Origin: an uncultured Planctomycetaceae bacterium
Lineage (GTDB): Bacteria > Planctomycetota > Phycisphaerae > UBA1845 > UTPLA1
Direction: 5' to 3'
DNA length: 64,000 bases
NCBI GenBank assembly: GCA_964605185.1
Contig: CAZSBF010000005.1
Span: 3,625 to 67,624 of the forward strand
The translations under genes and the position numbers were made by a program. The notes beneath the pieces were generated by a model. That model saw only the letters and a list, made by a program, of their open reading frames with translations. It was not told the DNA's origin and made no database searches. The first letter of the stretch is position 1, and each line of letters begins with the position of its first letter. Shown one piece after another: positions 46,158 to 54,538 of this stretch.

Positions 46158-46179
46158 GTCTCGGACCCAAATGAAGCGA

Positions 46180-47826
46180 TTAGGTTCGCTGCGTAAGACA
46201 CCGCCGAATCCGATTTAGCGCGCCGGCCTTGCCCAGCAATTCCAACGACTCCGCGATCGCCGGGCTGACCGCGCGCCCGGCGATGGCCACGCGAAGCGGT
46301 TGAGCCACATCGCCCATCGACACCGCGGCCGACTCCGCGAGCCCCTTGATCGCGGCGTCAATCGACGCAACCGTCCACGATTCGATCGGCTCCAGAACGG
46401 GCAGCAGCCGCTCCAACATGGCGTATCCCTGGCCGTCCTTCTTCTGCAGGACTTTCTTAACCGCATCCGGGTCGAACTCAATCGACTCATCCGGCGCGAA
46501 CAACGGCCCCGCCTTGCTCACAACATCCGCCAGCGTGCGCATCCCCTTGCAAAGCTCGATCGTGCGCGACAATCGCGCATCATCCACCGACTTCATCGGT
46601 GAATCGACCGCCTCCGCCCAATCCCGAAACGCCGCAAGCAGACGCTCCGGCTTGGCCTCGGCGCAGTACGTCGTGTTCACTGCGAGCAGCTTCTCCCGAT
46701 CAAACCGCCCGGCCGTCTTGTTAATACGGTCGAGGCTGAAGAATTCGATCATCTCCTGCCGCGGCAGCATCTCCCGATCGCCGCCCGGCGACCATCCAAT
46801 GAGCGCCACGAAATTCGTCAGCGCCTCCGGCAGATACCCCGACAGCTTGAAGTCATGTACGTCGATTTCCGGCATCACCACACCTGCCGATGCCGCCAGT
46901 CGCGTCACCTGTTCCATGTCCAGCTCGGTATCGGCCTTGTCCAGCCACGCCTCGGCCGCCTTGGTCGTCGCCTGGGCGATCCTCGCCACGTCGTCCGCCG
47001 TCCACGTCTTTGCCTTGATGAAATCTTTCGCCGCCTTGCGCACGACCTTGTGCTTGTCACGCTTGGACATCTTCGTCCCGTCGATGTTGAACACCAGCGG
47101 CAGATGCGCGAACTTCGGCGGCTCATACCCCAGCGCCCGCTGCATGAACACATGCTTCGGCGTGTTCATCAAATGCTCCTGCGCCCGCAGCACGTGCGTG
47201 ATCTGCATGTGATAATCGTCGACCACCACGGCAAAGTGATAGGTCGGCCAGCCGTTCGATTTGTAGATGACGAGATCCTCCATCTCGCCCGCGCCGAATG
47301 TCACGTCCCCAAGAATCTCATCGTGCACCGTAATCGGCTCATCCGGCACGCGAAAGCGCACCACCACTGATCGACCCTCGGCCCGCGCCCGATCCGCCTC
47401 CGCCTTCGTCGGCAGCGTCGCCGGTCGCGGATACCGAAACGTCCGCTTCTCGGCCTGCGCTGCCTTCCGCAGCACGTCCAACTCCTCCGGCGTGTCCCAC
47501 GCGTAGTACGCCTTGCCCTCGTCGAGCAGCTTGTTCACCGCTGCCTCGTACAAATCGCGTCGCTCGCTCTGGCGATAGGGTCCAAACGGCCCGCCCTGAT
47601 CCGGCCCCTCATCCGGCTCAATGCCCAGCCACGTCAGATCATCAAGCAACTTCCGCTCGGCCCCTTCGATGTTGCGCAGAATGTCCGTGTCTTCAATGCG
47701 AAGGATGAACCGCCCACCGTGCTTTCGGCAGAAAAGCCAGTTAAAGAGTGCCGTGCGCGCCCCGCCGACATGCAAATAGCCGGTGGGGGAGGGTGCAAAT
47801 CTCGCGCGAACCATGTCCGTGTTCAT
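46180..47826 (-). CDS. gltX: glutamate--tRNA ligase
   Basis: RFAPSPTGYLHVGGARTALFNW (HIGH-type) and TKMSKRD (KMSKS). Start at MNTDMVR (47826). The upstream extension runs into REP hairpins. Confidence 0.95.
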   Translation of the reverse strand: MNTDMVRARFAPSPTGYLHVGGARTALFNWLFCRKHGGRFILRIEDTDILRNIEGAERKLLDDLTWLGIEPDEGPDQGGPFGPYRQSERRDLYEAAVNKLLDEGKAYYAWDTPEELDVLRKAAQAEKRTFRYPRPATLPTKAEADRARAEGRSVVVRFRVPDEPITVHDEILGDVTFGAGEMEDLVIYKSNGWPTYHFAVVVDDYHMQITHVLRAQEHLMNTPKHVFMQRALGYEPPKFAHLPLVFNIDGTKMSKRDKHKVVRKAAKDFIKAKTWTADDVARIAQATTKAAEAWLDKADTELDMEQVTRLAASAGVVMPEIDVHDFKLSGYLPEALTNFVALIGWSPGGDREMLPRQEMIEFFSLDRINKTAGRFDREKLLAVNTTYCAEAKPERLLAAFRDWAEAVDSPMKSVDDARLSRTIELCKGMRTLADVVSKAGPLFAPDESIEFDPDAVKKVLQKKDGQGYAMLERLLPVLEPIESWTVASIDAAIKGLAESAAVSMGDVAQPLRVAIAGRAVSPAIAESLELLGKAGALNRIRRCLTQRT

Positions 47827-47872
47827 AGGTAATCGAGAAGTGTATCGCCGATGTGAATAGTCTGGTCGTCGC

Positions 47873-47899
47873 AAGGTGGGGCAGGCGTCCCTGCCTGCC
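47873..47899 (+). repeat. REP-like GC hairpin element, copy 3
   Basis: AAGGTGGGGCAGGCGTCCCTGCCTGCC. Stem GGCAGGC/GCCTGCC. Confidence 0.8.
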
Positions 47900-47906
47900 A
47901 CCGCAC

Positions 47907-47933
47907 AAGGTGGAGCAGGCGTTCCTGCCTGTC
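47907..47933 (+). repeat. REP-like GC hairpin element, copy 4 (slightly degenerate)
   Basis: AAGGTGGAGCAGGCGTTCCTGCCTGTC. Confidence 0.7.
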
Positions 47934-47943
47934 TATACCGCGC

Positions 47944-48396
47944 CTATTTCCGCCGAACCACCAGTTTTTCGGATCGAGCCTGTTTCCGTGCCAGCGACTC
48001 CGCGAGGTCCGCCAGGGTTGTCTTGTCCATCGAATCTTCGATCTGGCGACGGATCGGTGCCCAGAGGTCATGCTGCGGACACGCCTGATGCTCATTGCAC
48101 TCGTTCAGGCCCAGGATGCACCGGTGAACCCGGTCCTTGCCGTCGATGGCCTCAACGATCTGCCGCAGTGTGATTTCGCCCGGCAGCCCGCGCAAAGCGA
48201 ACCCGCCGCCGCGCCCCTTGGCCGAGATCAGCAAATCCGCCCGCACCAACTGCTGAAGCAGCTTGCCGACGAAATGCTCCGGCAGCTCATCCTTTTCCAC
48301 AATATCGCGCAACAGGCAAAACGCCCCGTTAGGAGCGCGTTGTGCCAATCGTGAAAGCGCACGGATGGCGTACTCGCAACCCGCCGAATAAATCAT
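47944..48396 (-). CDS. Rrf2 family transcriptional regulator (IscR/NsrR-like)
   Basis: CEYAIRALSRLA, wHTH block, GRGGGFAL, and three clustered Cys (CILGLNECNEHQAC) for an Fe-S cluster. Confidence 0.9.
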   Translation of the reverse strand: MIYSAGCEYAIRALSRLAQRAPNGAFCLLRDIVEKDELPEHFVGKLLQQLVRADLLISAKGRGGGFALRGLPGEITLRQIVEAIDGKDRVHRCILGLNECNEHQACPQHDLWAPIRRQIEDSMDKTTLADLAESLARKQARSEKLVVRRK

Positions 48397-48635
48397 GATG
48401 TCTCTCCCGAACTACGGAGTAATCTACCCGCTGATCTTCAGCCTGACAAGATTCAACGGAACCCGCATCCAGGGCGGTCCAAACGTTATTTTCATCGCCG
48501 CCATCGATTTGGCGCCGATCTGCTGCCGATGGCGTGAAAAACCCCCCAATCTTCCGAACACCAACGAACCGATACAATCAATGGACCGTAATACCCGGCA
48601 TGAGTCGATTAAACCTTCACGTTCCGGAGATCGCC

Positions 48636-49277
48636 ATGACTCGCCTGCTCACCGCCGTCACTTGCACTTGCATATTCCTTTTGGCCGCCTGTGCGAGACC
48701 TGTCGCTCCAGTTACACCACCCCAGGCATCGGCCACCCCTCAACTCGACTCGGCGGCCTACGAACCAAATGAAGCCCAGCCAACAAACACCAAGGCCGCG
48801 GCAGCAGGCGAAGCGCTCGCCACACTCGAGGCAATTCAAACCGAACTTGAACTCGATCGAGACGGGAAGAAAGCGCAGTATTCCGAAGTGAAGGACTTGC
48901 AGCCGGAACAAGTTCCGGTCAGCGATGATATGCTCTACAAACTCTCACGTGATTCGTCGCTTCTGGTGCTTGGAGGGAAGTGGCATCAGGCAAACGAGTA
49001 TTTGAGCGAGCTGAAGACCAGATACGGCAACGATCATCCCTCAATTGCCCGCGCCGCCAATGAAGTCTCGCGATTGGAGTCCGAATACAGAGCCGAAAAG
49101 TCCCGACAGACTCTAAAGCTGCAGACCGAGTGTATTGAGTCTCGAAAAAACGCTTTTCTGGAGGCGGAGGAATTGCTCCGCCGCGTGAAGGATCGCGTCC
49201 AATTGGCCAACAACGAACAAATGGAACTCGACCGCGAACGGTATCTGCAAGAACGGAAAAAACAATCGGGCGGCTGA
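48636..49277 (+). CDS. coiled-coil lipoprotein, unknown function
   Basis: MTRLLTAVTCTCIFLLAAC lipobox. The remainder is charged and helical. Confidence 0.6.
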   Translation: MTRLLTAVTCTCIFLLAACARPVAPVTPPQASATPQLDSAAYEPNEAQPTNTKAAAAGEALATLEAIQTELELDRDGKKAQYSEVKDLQPEQVPVSDDMLYKLSRDSSLLVLGGKWHQANEYLSELKTRYGNDHPSIARAANEVSRLESEYRAEKSRQTLKLQTECIESRKNAFLEAEELLRRVKDRVQLANNEQMELDRERYLQERKKQSGG

Positions 49278-49301
49278 TACACCGGGTGTGTTGACCGCAC
49301 C

Positions 49302-50426
49302 CTACAGCGTCCCGCGCTTCTTCTGCTCTTCCTCAATGCTCACAAACAGCGCCTTGAAGTTCCCCACGCCGAAGCCCCGGCTGCCGTGCCGCTCAATGAT
49401 CTCGAAGAACAGCGTCGGCCGATCCTCCAGCGGCTTCGTGAAGATCTGCAGCAAATACCCATCCTCATCGCGGTCCACGAGAATGCCCAGTTCCTTGATG
49501 ACCTTCAAATCCTCGTCGATCTTCCCCACTCGGTTCGGCAGCGCGTCGTAATACGTATCCGGCACGCGAAGGAACCCCACACCATTATCGCGTAGCGTCC
49601 GCACCGCGTTCACGATGTCCTTCGTCACCATGGCCACATGCTGCACGCCGGCTCCGCGATAGAAATCCAGATACTCCTCGATCTGGCTCTTGCGCTTCCC
49701 CTCGGCCGGCTCATTGATCGGAAACTTCACCTTCCCCGTGCCGTTCTGCATTACCTTCGACATCAGCGCCGAATACTCCGTGCTGATGTCCTTGTCTGAA
49801 AAGTGTTGCAACTGCTCAAAGCCCAGCACATCCCGATAGAACCCCACCCAGTGGTTCATCGCCCCCAACTCGACGTTCCCCACCATGTGGTCGATCGCCG
49901 CCAGCCCCGGCGTGCACTTGGCCGGAAAACTCACCGGTTCAAACCCGGGAGCAAAGACACCCTTGTAGCGCGTCCGATCGACAAAGGCGTGCAGCGTCTC
50001 GCCATAGGTCCGAATGGCCCCGCGCTTGAGCACGCCTGTCTTGTCCTCGATCGCACGCGCCGGTTCCACCACCGTCGCACCGCGATGCTTCGTCTCCGCG
50101 ATCGCGCTGTCCACATCCGGCACCCGAAACGCAATCACCTTCACACCGTCTCCGTGCAACGCGCAATGTCGCGCAATTTCATGATCCGGCGTAAGTGCCG
50201 TGCTCACGATAAATCGAATCTGCCCCTGTTCCAGCACATAACTCGCCACGTCGCGCGAGCCGGTCTCCAGCCCGCGATACCCGATGATGTTGAACCCAAA
50301 CACATGCCGGTAGTATTGCGCCGCCTGCAATGCGTTTCCCACGTAAAACTCCACATGGTCAATGCCATCAATCGGTAGGAAGTCTTTTACAACGGCCGTC
50401 GCCTGTGTCGCAGTGGCGGTACTCAT
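49302..50426 (-). CDS. hppD: 4-hydroxyphenylpyruvate dioxygenase
   Basis: 374 aa, two VOC modules. IDHVEFYV, GVQHVAM, YLLQIFTKP and FFEIIERHGSRGFGVGNFKALF are canonical HPPD C-terminal blocks. Confidence 0.9.
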   Translation of the reverse strand: MSTATATQATAVVKDFLPIDGIDHVEFYVGNALQAAQYYRHVFGFNIIGYRGLETGSRDVASYVLEQGQIRFIVSTALTPDHEIARHCALHGDGVKVIAFRVPDVDSAIAETKHRGATVVEPARAIEDKTGVLKRGAIRTYGETLHAFVDRTRYKGVFAPGFEPVSFPAKCTPGLAAIDHMVGNVELGAMNHWVGFYRDVLGFEQLQHFSDKDISTEYSALMSKVMQNGTGKVKFPINEPAEGKRKSQIEEYLDFYRGAGVQHVAMVTKDIVNAVRTLRDNGVGFLRVPDTYYDALPNRVGKIDEDLKVIKELGILVDRDEDGYLLQIFTKPLEDRPTLFFEIIERHGSRGFGVGNFKALFVSIEEEQKKRGTL

Positions 50427-50520
50427 GATTCACCTCAAAGGGTCCGGATGAAAGCGGACCGCATAGGGTGATTATAACGCGTTGCGCGAATGCAGCACGA
50501 TCCAGTTGAATTGGGCAAAC

Positions 50521-50853
50521 TTATTGCCGTTGCGGATCAGGAAAGTCCCGGTACAGCGCGGATCGAAAGTCCGTGACCATCGAATACACCTTCGCATGCG
50601 CCGTCTCAATCGCTCCCTGTCGCGGCGCGATCGTCTCAAACGCCGCCTCGAGCTGCGCCAAGTCCGTCGCCTCAATCATGATGTGAAACTCCCCCAACTC
50701 CGGCGGGCCGAATCCCAGTTTGCGCCGCGTCAGCCGAAACGCCGCGATCTTCCCCGCCGACTTCAGCGCCCCGAGGTATCCATCAAGATTGCGGACGAAT
50801 TCCAGGTCCTTGTGCGAGTCTTTCAGATTGCACCAGATGTGATAGAGATTCAT
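50521..50853 (-). CDS. conserved-looking small protein of unknown function (110 aa)
   Basis: MNLYHIWCNLKDSHKDLEFVRNLDGYLGALK... with an alpha+beta (ferredoxin-like) pattern. Its start overlaps the DinB stop (ATGA). Confidence 0.55.
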   Translation of the reverse strand: MNLYHIWCNLKDSHKDLEFVRNLDGYLGALKSAGKIAAFRLTRRKLGFGPPELGEFHIMIEATDLAQLEAAFETIAPRQGAIETAHAKVYSMVTDFRSALYRDFPDPQRQ

Positions 50854-51371
50854 AGGGTGATTGGCACTCCCAGTAATTCGCGTTTTTTCACGATGAACGC
50901 AACATGATGATGAATGTGATGGACATACAGTCGAACGATCTGCCCCAGCCTAACCTCACCGATCTCGGGATGCCGCGCGGCCCGTTCAAACGCCCCCGCG
51001 GGCAATTGGCGCAAGACCATCGTCAAAAGTTGCCGCGACCGGCGAATCACCTCGCACGCCTCCGTCGCCGACTGCCGCTCATAGAACAGCTTCTTCGAAA
51101 ACGCCGTCTCGTCATAACAATCCAGTAGTGGCCGCTCCTCGGCAATCATTCGTTTCATCCGATACGCCGCCACCAGGTCGGAATCCATCAGGTGAACGAC
51201 GATCTGCCGAATGCTCCACGTCCCCGCAATCGGCAGGGCGTCCAAGTGTTGATCGCTCAGCCCCGCAATGGCCCGGCCAGGGATGTCCCCGCCTGCCAGA
51301 AACGCATCAATCGCCTCTGCGTCGCTCAACGCCCGAATCGCCGCGGGAAGTGTCTCGTAGAAATGCGCCAT
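50850..51371 (-). CDS. DinB-family (four-helix bundle, putative metal-dependent) protein
   Basis: WSIRQIVVHLMDSDLV and LYVHHIHHHVAFI carry the DinB His-triad pattern. Start chosen at MAHFYET. Confidence 0.8.
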   Translation of the reverse strand: MAHFYETLPAAIRALSDAEAIDAFLAGGDIPGRAIAGLSDQHLDALPIAGTWSIRQIVVHLMDSDLVAAYRMKRMIAEERPLLDCYDETAFSKKLFYERQSATEACEVIRRSRQLLTMVLRQLPAGAFERAARHPEIGEVRLGQIVRLYVHHIHHHVAFIVKKRELLGVPITL

Positions 51372-51519
51372 GCAGTTTCCTCTGATTGGATCGGCTTCTT
51401 TTCCATCATACGCTGGCCGAATCACGCAGGTTCTGCCCGCATTTCACAGTCGCGCTATGGATGTGGTTGAGTCGGCCGCGAGTGCGTTCTACACTCGCCC
51501 TCGGTCACGGAGGATCCCA

Positions 51520-52359
51520 ATGCAGGTCTACCACGATCTTATTCGCAAAGTTATCAACGAGGGCGTCCACAAACCCTCTCGCACCGGCGTCGACACCATC
51601 AGCTACTTCTCAGCGCACTATCGCGTCGATCTCGCCGCCGGCTTTCCGCTCCTGACAACCAAAAAAATGCACTGGCCCTCCATCCTTCGCGAATTGCTCT
51701 GGTATCTCTCTGGCGAGAATCACATTCGCAACCTCCGCCAACACACCAAAATCTGGGACGCCTGGGCCGATGCCGACGGAAACCTCGAAACCGCCTATGG
51801 CCACTACTGGCGGCACTTCCCCAGCGCGACGCGCGGCGCTGATGGCGAGTGGCGCGTCCGCGAGGTTGACCAAATCCGCTTCGTCATCGAGGCGCTCAAA
51901 CGCGACCCCAACAGCCGCCGCCTCGTCGTCACCGCATGGGAACCCGGCAACGCGCTGACCAGCAAACTTCCGCCGTGCCACTATACCTTCGCCTTCCACG
52001 TCAGCGACGGCAAGCTCAACTGCCATCTTCACCAGCGCTCCGGCGACATCGCCCTCGGGATTCCCTTCAACATGGCCGCGTATGCCACGCTCACGCAAAT
52101 GATCGCACAGGAGGTCGGCCTCGGTCTTGGCATCTTCGCCCACTCCATCGTTGATGCCCATATTTACATTGCCAAACCCGAATCGTCGATGGCCGAGTAC
52201 GATCACCTTGCCGGACTGAAGGAACAACTGAAACGCGAACCGTACCCACTGCCGAGACTCGTGATCGCCCAAAAACCGTTTGACGAATTAACCTACGATG
52301 ACTTTGAAATCGTCGGTTATCAGTGCCACGACGGCATCAAGTTCAAGGTCGCCGTGTAG
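51520..52359 (+). CDS. thyA: thymidylate synthase
   Basis: GGAGGA RBS. MQVYHDLIRKVINEG, DRTGVDT-like SRTGVDTISYF, WDAWAD, LPPCHYTFAFHV (catalytic Cys), QRSGDIALGIPFN. Confidence 0.95.
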   Translation: MQVYHDLIRKVINEGVHKPSRTGVDTISYFSAHYRVDLAAGFPLLTTKKMHWPSILRELLWYLSGENHIRNLRQHTKIWDAWADADGNLETAYGHYWRHFPSATRGADGEWRVREVDQIRFVIEALKRDPNSRRLVVTAWEPGNALTSKLPPCHYTFAFHVSDGKLNCHLHQRSGDIALGIPFNMAAYATLTQMIAQEVGLGLGIFAHSIVDAHIYIAKPESSMAEYDHLAGLKEQLKREPYPLPRLVIAQKPFDELTYDDFEIVGYQCHDGIKFKVAV

Positions 52360-52379
52360 CAGGCCGCGCCACCACACCC

Positions 52380-52856
52380 ATGACCACTATCCTCATCGTT
52401 GCCATGACCCGCGACGGCCTGATCGGCAAGGACGGCCATCTTCCTTGGCACGAGCCCGACGACCTGAAGCACTTCAAACGCACCACCACCGGCCACGCCA
52501 TCATCATGGGGCGCCGCACGTGGGAATCGATCGGTCGCCCGCTTCCCGAACGGCGCAGCATCGTTGTCACTCGTACCAAGGGCTATGCCGCCATCGGCGC
52601 CGACGTTGTTGATTCGCTCGACGCCGCGTTGCAAATGTGCCGCTCTCGTAACGAGGACAAGGCCTTCATCATCGGCGGCGCGGAGTTGTATCGCGCAGCG
52701 CTCCCGGTCGTGGATGAGATGATGGTGACGTGGATTGAACGCACCAGCTTGGTCGGCGACACGTATTTTCCAACGTGGAATCCCGCCGATTGGAATTGCA
52801 CGGAAGAAACGCATCAACCGCCGCTGCGTTTTGCGACCTACCGGCGCAACAAATAG
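52380..52856 (+). CDS. folA: dihydrofolate reductase
   Basis: ILIVAMTRDGLIGKDGHLPWH, LKHFKRTTTGHAIIMGRRTWESIGRPLPERRSIV, FIIGGAELY. Confidence 0.9.
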   Translation: MTTILIVAMTRDGLIGKDGHLPWHEPDDLKHFKRTTTGHAIIMGRRTWESIGRPLPERRSIVVTRTKGYAAIGADVVDSLDAALQMCRSRNEDKAFIIGGAELYRAALPVVDEMMVTWIERTSLVGDTYFPTWNPADWNCTEETHQPPLRFATYRRNK

Positions 52857-52905
52857 GGCGGGCAATGGCGGCCCGCCCTATCGCATCGAACCTCACAACC
52901 CGCTG

Positions 52906-53958
52906 TCAATGAAATGCGGCGTCCGACGGTGCCCCGTCGAGACCGTCAAGAAATCCGTCGCCATCGGTATCAGGATTATGGTCATCCGGGTCGACACCCT
53001 GGATCAGCCCGTCACCGTCAAAGTCTACCAGTTCGCCGTCCGTCGCGACGCCGTAATCAGCATCGTTGTCGTAATCCGGGTCGGATCCATCCGGCACGCC
53101 GTTCTCGTTGGCATCCGGATCGTCGGGATAGTTGTCACCCGAGTTGTTCAGTCCATCGGTGTCCGAGTCCGTTTCGTCACCGTCGGGTACACCATTCGAA
53201 TTGCTGTCAGGGTTCGTTGGATCATTATCCAGGCCGTCCGGCGTGCCGTCATTGTCCGTGTCGATGTTGTTTTGATCCGGATCGTTACAGTCCGTCAGTC
53301 CGTCAAAGTCGGAGTCCCACTCCTGACCGTCGAGAATGCTGTTCTGGTTAAAGTCCGGATCCGTCGGATGTTCATCGAGCGCGTCAAACGTGCAATCACC
53401 GTCGGTGTCCGTCTGGAATCCATCCAGCACGCCGTCGTTGTTCGTATCTGAATTCGTGGGATCAGGGTCAACGCCATCCGGGATTCCATCGCCATCGGTA
53501 TCAGGATCAGTCGGTGCCGGATCATCGGCATCCATAATGCCGTCGCCGTCGGTGTCAGTTTCCTGTCCGTCAGGAACTCCATTTCCGTCCGCGTCCGAAT
53601 CCGTCGGGTTCTCATCGATAATGTCGGGGATTCCATCTCCATCCGCGTCCGACGAGAGTTGATCCAGATCGAGCCAGTTCGGAACTCCGTCGTTGTCGAG
53701 GTCTGAATCCAACCCGTCGATGACGCCGTCACCGTCCGCATCCGGATTGTCCGGGTTTCCATCAAAGGCGTCGGGAATGCCGTCGCCATCCGAATCCGGC
53801 ATCGAACGAAGCGTTGCCAGGCTGAGCGGCGGAACGGTGCCGTTGCCAAGCACTTCATTCAGAACGTCCTCAAGCGGCGTCTCGCATCCCGCACCGAACG
53901 CGAGAGCGGCGCACACCGCGAATCCGGTCATCATGACCTTGTACGAATGGCGATTCAT
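52906..53958 (-). CDS. thrombospondin type 3 repeat (Ca-binding Asp-repeat) lipoprotein
   Basis: Lipobox FGAGC. The mature protein is almost entirely tandem D-x-D-x-DG-x-P/D-x-x-D repeats (DSDGDGIPDAFD, DADGDGVIDGLD, DTDGDGIMDADD ...). All three frames of both strands stay open because of the repeat composition. Confidence 0.8.
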   Translation of the reverse strand: MNRHSYKVMMTGFAVCAALAFGAGCETPLEDVLNEVLGNGTVPPLSLATLRSMPDSDGDGIPDAFDGNPDNPDADGDGVIDGLDSDLDNDGVPNWLDLDQLSSDADGDGIPDIIDENPTDSDADGNGVPDGQETDTDGDGIMDADDPAPTDPDTDGDGIPDGVDPDPTNSDTNNDGVLDGFQTDTDGDCTFDALDEHPTDPDFNQNSILDGQEWDSDFDGLTDCNDPDQNNIDTDNDGTPDGLDNDPTNPDSNSNGVPDGDETDSDTDGLNNSGDNYPDDPDANENGVPDGSDPDYDNDADYGVATDGELVDFDGDGLIQGVDPDDHNPDTDGDGFLDGLDGAPSDAAFH

Positions 53959-54427
53959 GGGATTCCCCCAAAACACCTGCCCACACCCGGCTCCATGCCG
54001 AACCATGGGGAGACTACCGTTTGATATCCAATACCACCGGCCCATCCGCAATCAGATAACCAAATTGGCCACAGGGACTTGCGAACCACGGGTAGGTAAT
54101 GGCCTGTTCTCGGACGGCCCTAAAGCGGTCGATCGATTCTCGGCCGCGTTGACAGGGGGCCGCGTTCGCCGTAACCTTCCCCCGTCTTGCCTTCGGGCCA
54201 GACTCGCTCTAACCAGCGACGTTCGATCCAAAAGAGACAGGCCGAAGAAGCGAAAGCGACGGCGGTCAGAAGGCATCCCGCACGCGGTGGGGTGCTTTAG
54301 CCTCGGGACGAACCCCCTATGCAGCCGCGTCCAGTCCGACCCTGAGAGGTCGATCCACAGATTGCCCCGAATTCGGGACGATTTCGTGAGTGCAGCTGCC
54401 GTACAGAACAGGTAGGATCACCACCAT

Positions 54428-54498
54428 TACCCGGTAGTGTAATGGTAGCACAGCAGGTTTTGGTCCTGCTTGTCGAGGTTCGAATCCTCGCCGGGTAG
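54428..54498 (+). tRNA. tRNA-Gln (anticodon TTG)
   Basis: Hand-folded cloverleaf. Acceptor TACCCGG/CCGGGTA, D arm GTGT-AATGGTA-GCAC, anticodon arm GCAGG-TTTTGGT-CCTGC, T arm CGAGG-TTCGAAT-CCTCG, discriminator G. No encoded CCA. Confidence 0.9.
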
Positions 54499-54538
54499 TT
54501 CCCTAGTGTCGCATGTGCGACGTGCTCGCGGAGTGTTT

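Noticed and set aside
52906-53958. Periodic DNA repeats that might be mistaken for a CRISPR or satellite array
   Set aside because: The periodicity is codon-level (Asp-rich TSP3 repeats) inside a complete lipoprotein ORF. The units are not identical and there are no unique spacers.
54052-54427. tmRNA (minus strand) or RNase P RNA (plus strand) assignment for the non-coding interval
   Set aside because: - tmRNA: the minus strand has GGGGCAATCTGTGGATCGAC, resembling a tmRNA 5' end. I found no T-arm (GGTTCGAATCC-like), no complementary acceptor 3' strand with CCA context, and no convincing Ala-rich tag frame.
- RNase P: the plus strand has ACAGAAC and GGUAGG strings reminiscent of RNase P. The universal GGAAAGUCCGG element is absent.

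It is left as an unassigned candidate RNA.
54470-54505. ATG start at 54470 for the glmU-like gene
   Set aside because: That start lies inside the tRNA-Gln gene (54428-54498). A downstream GTG start is preferred.
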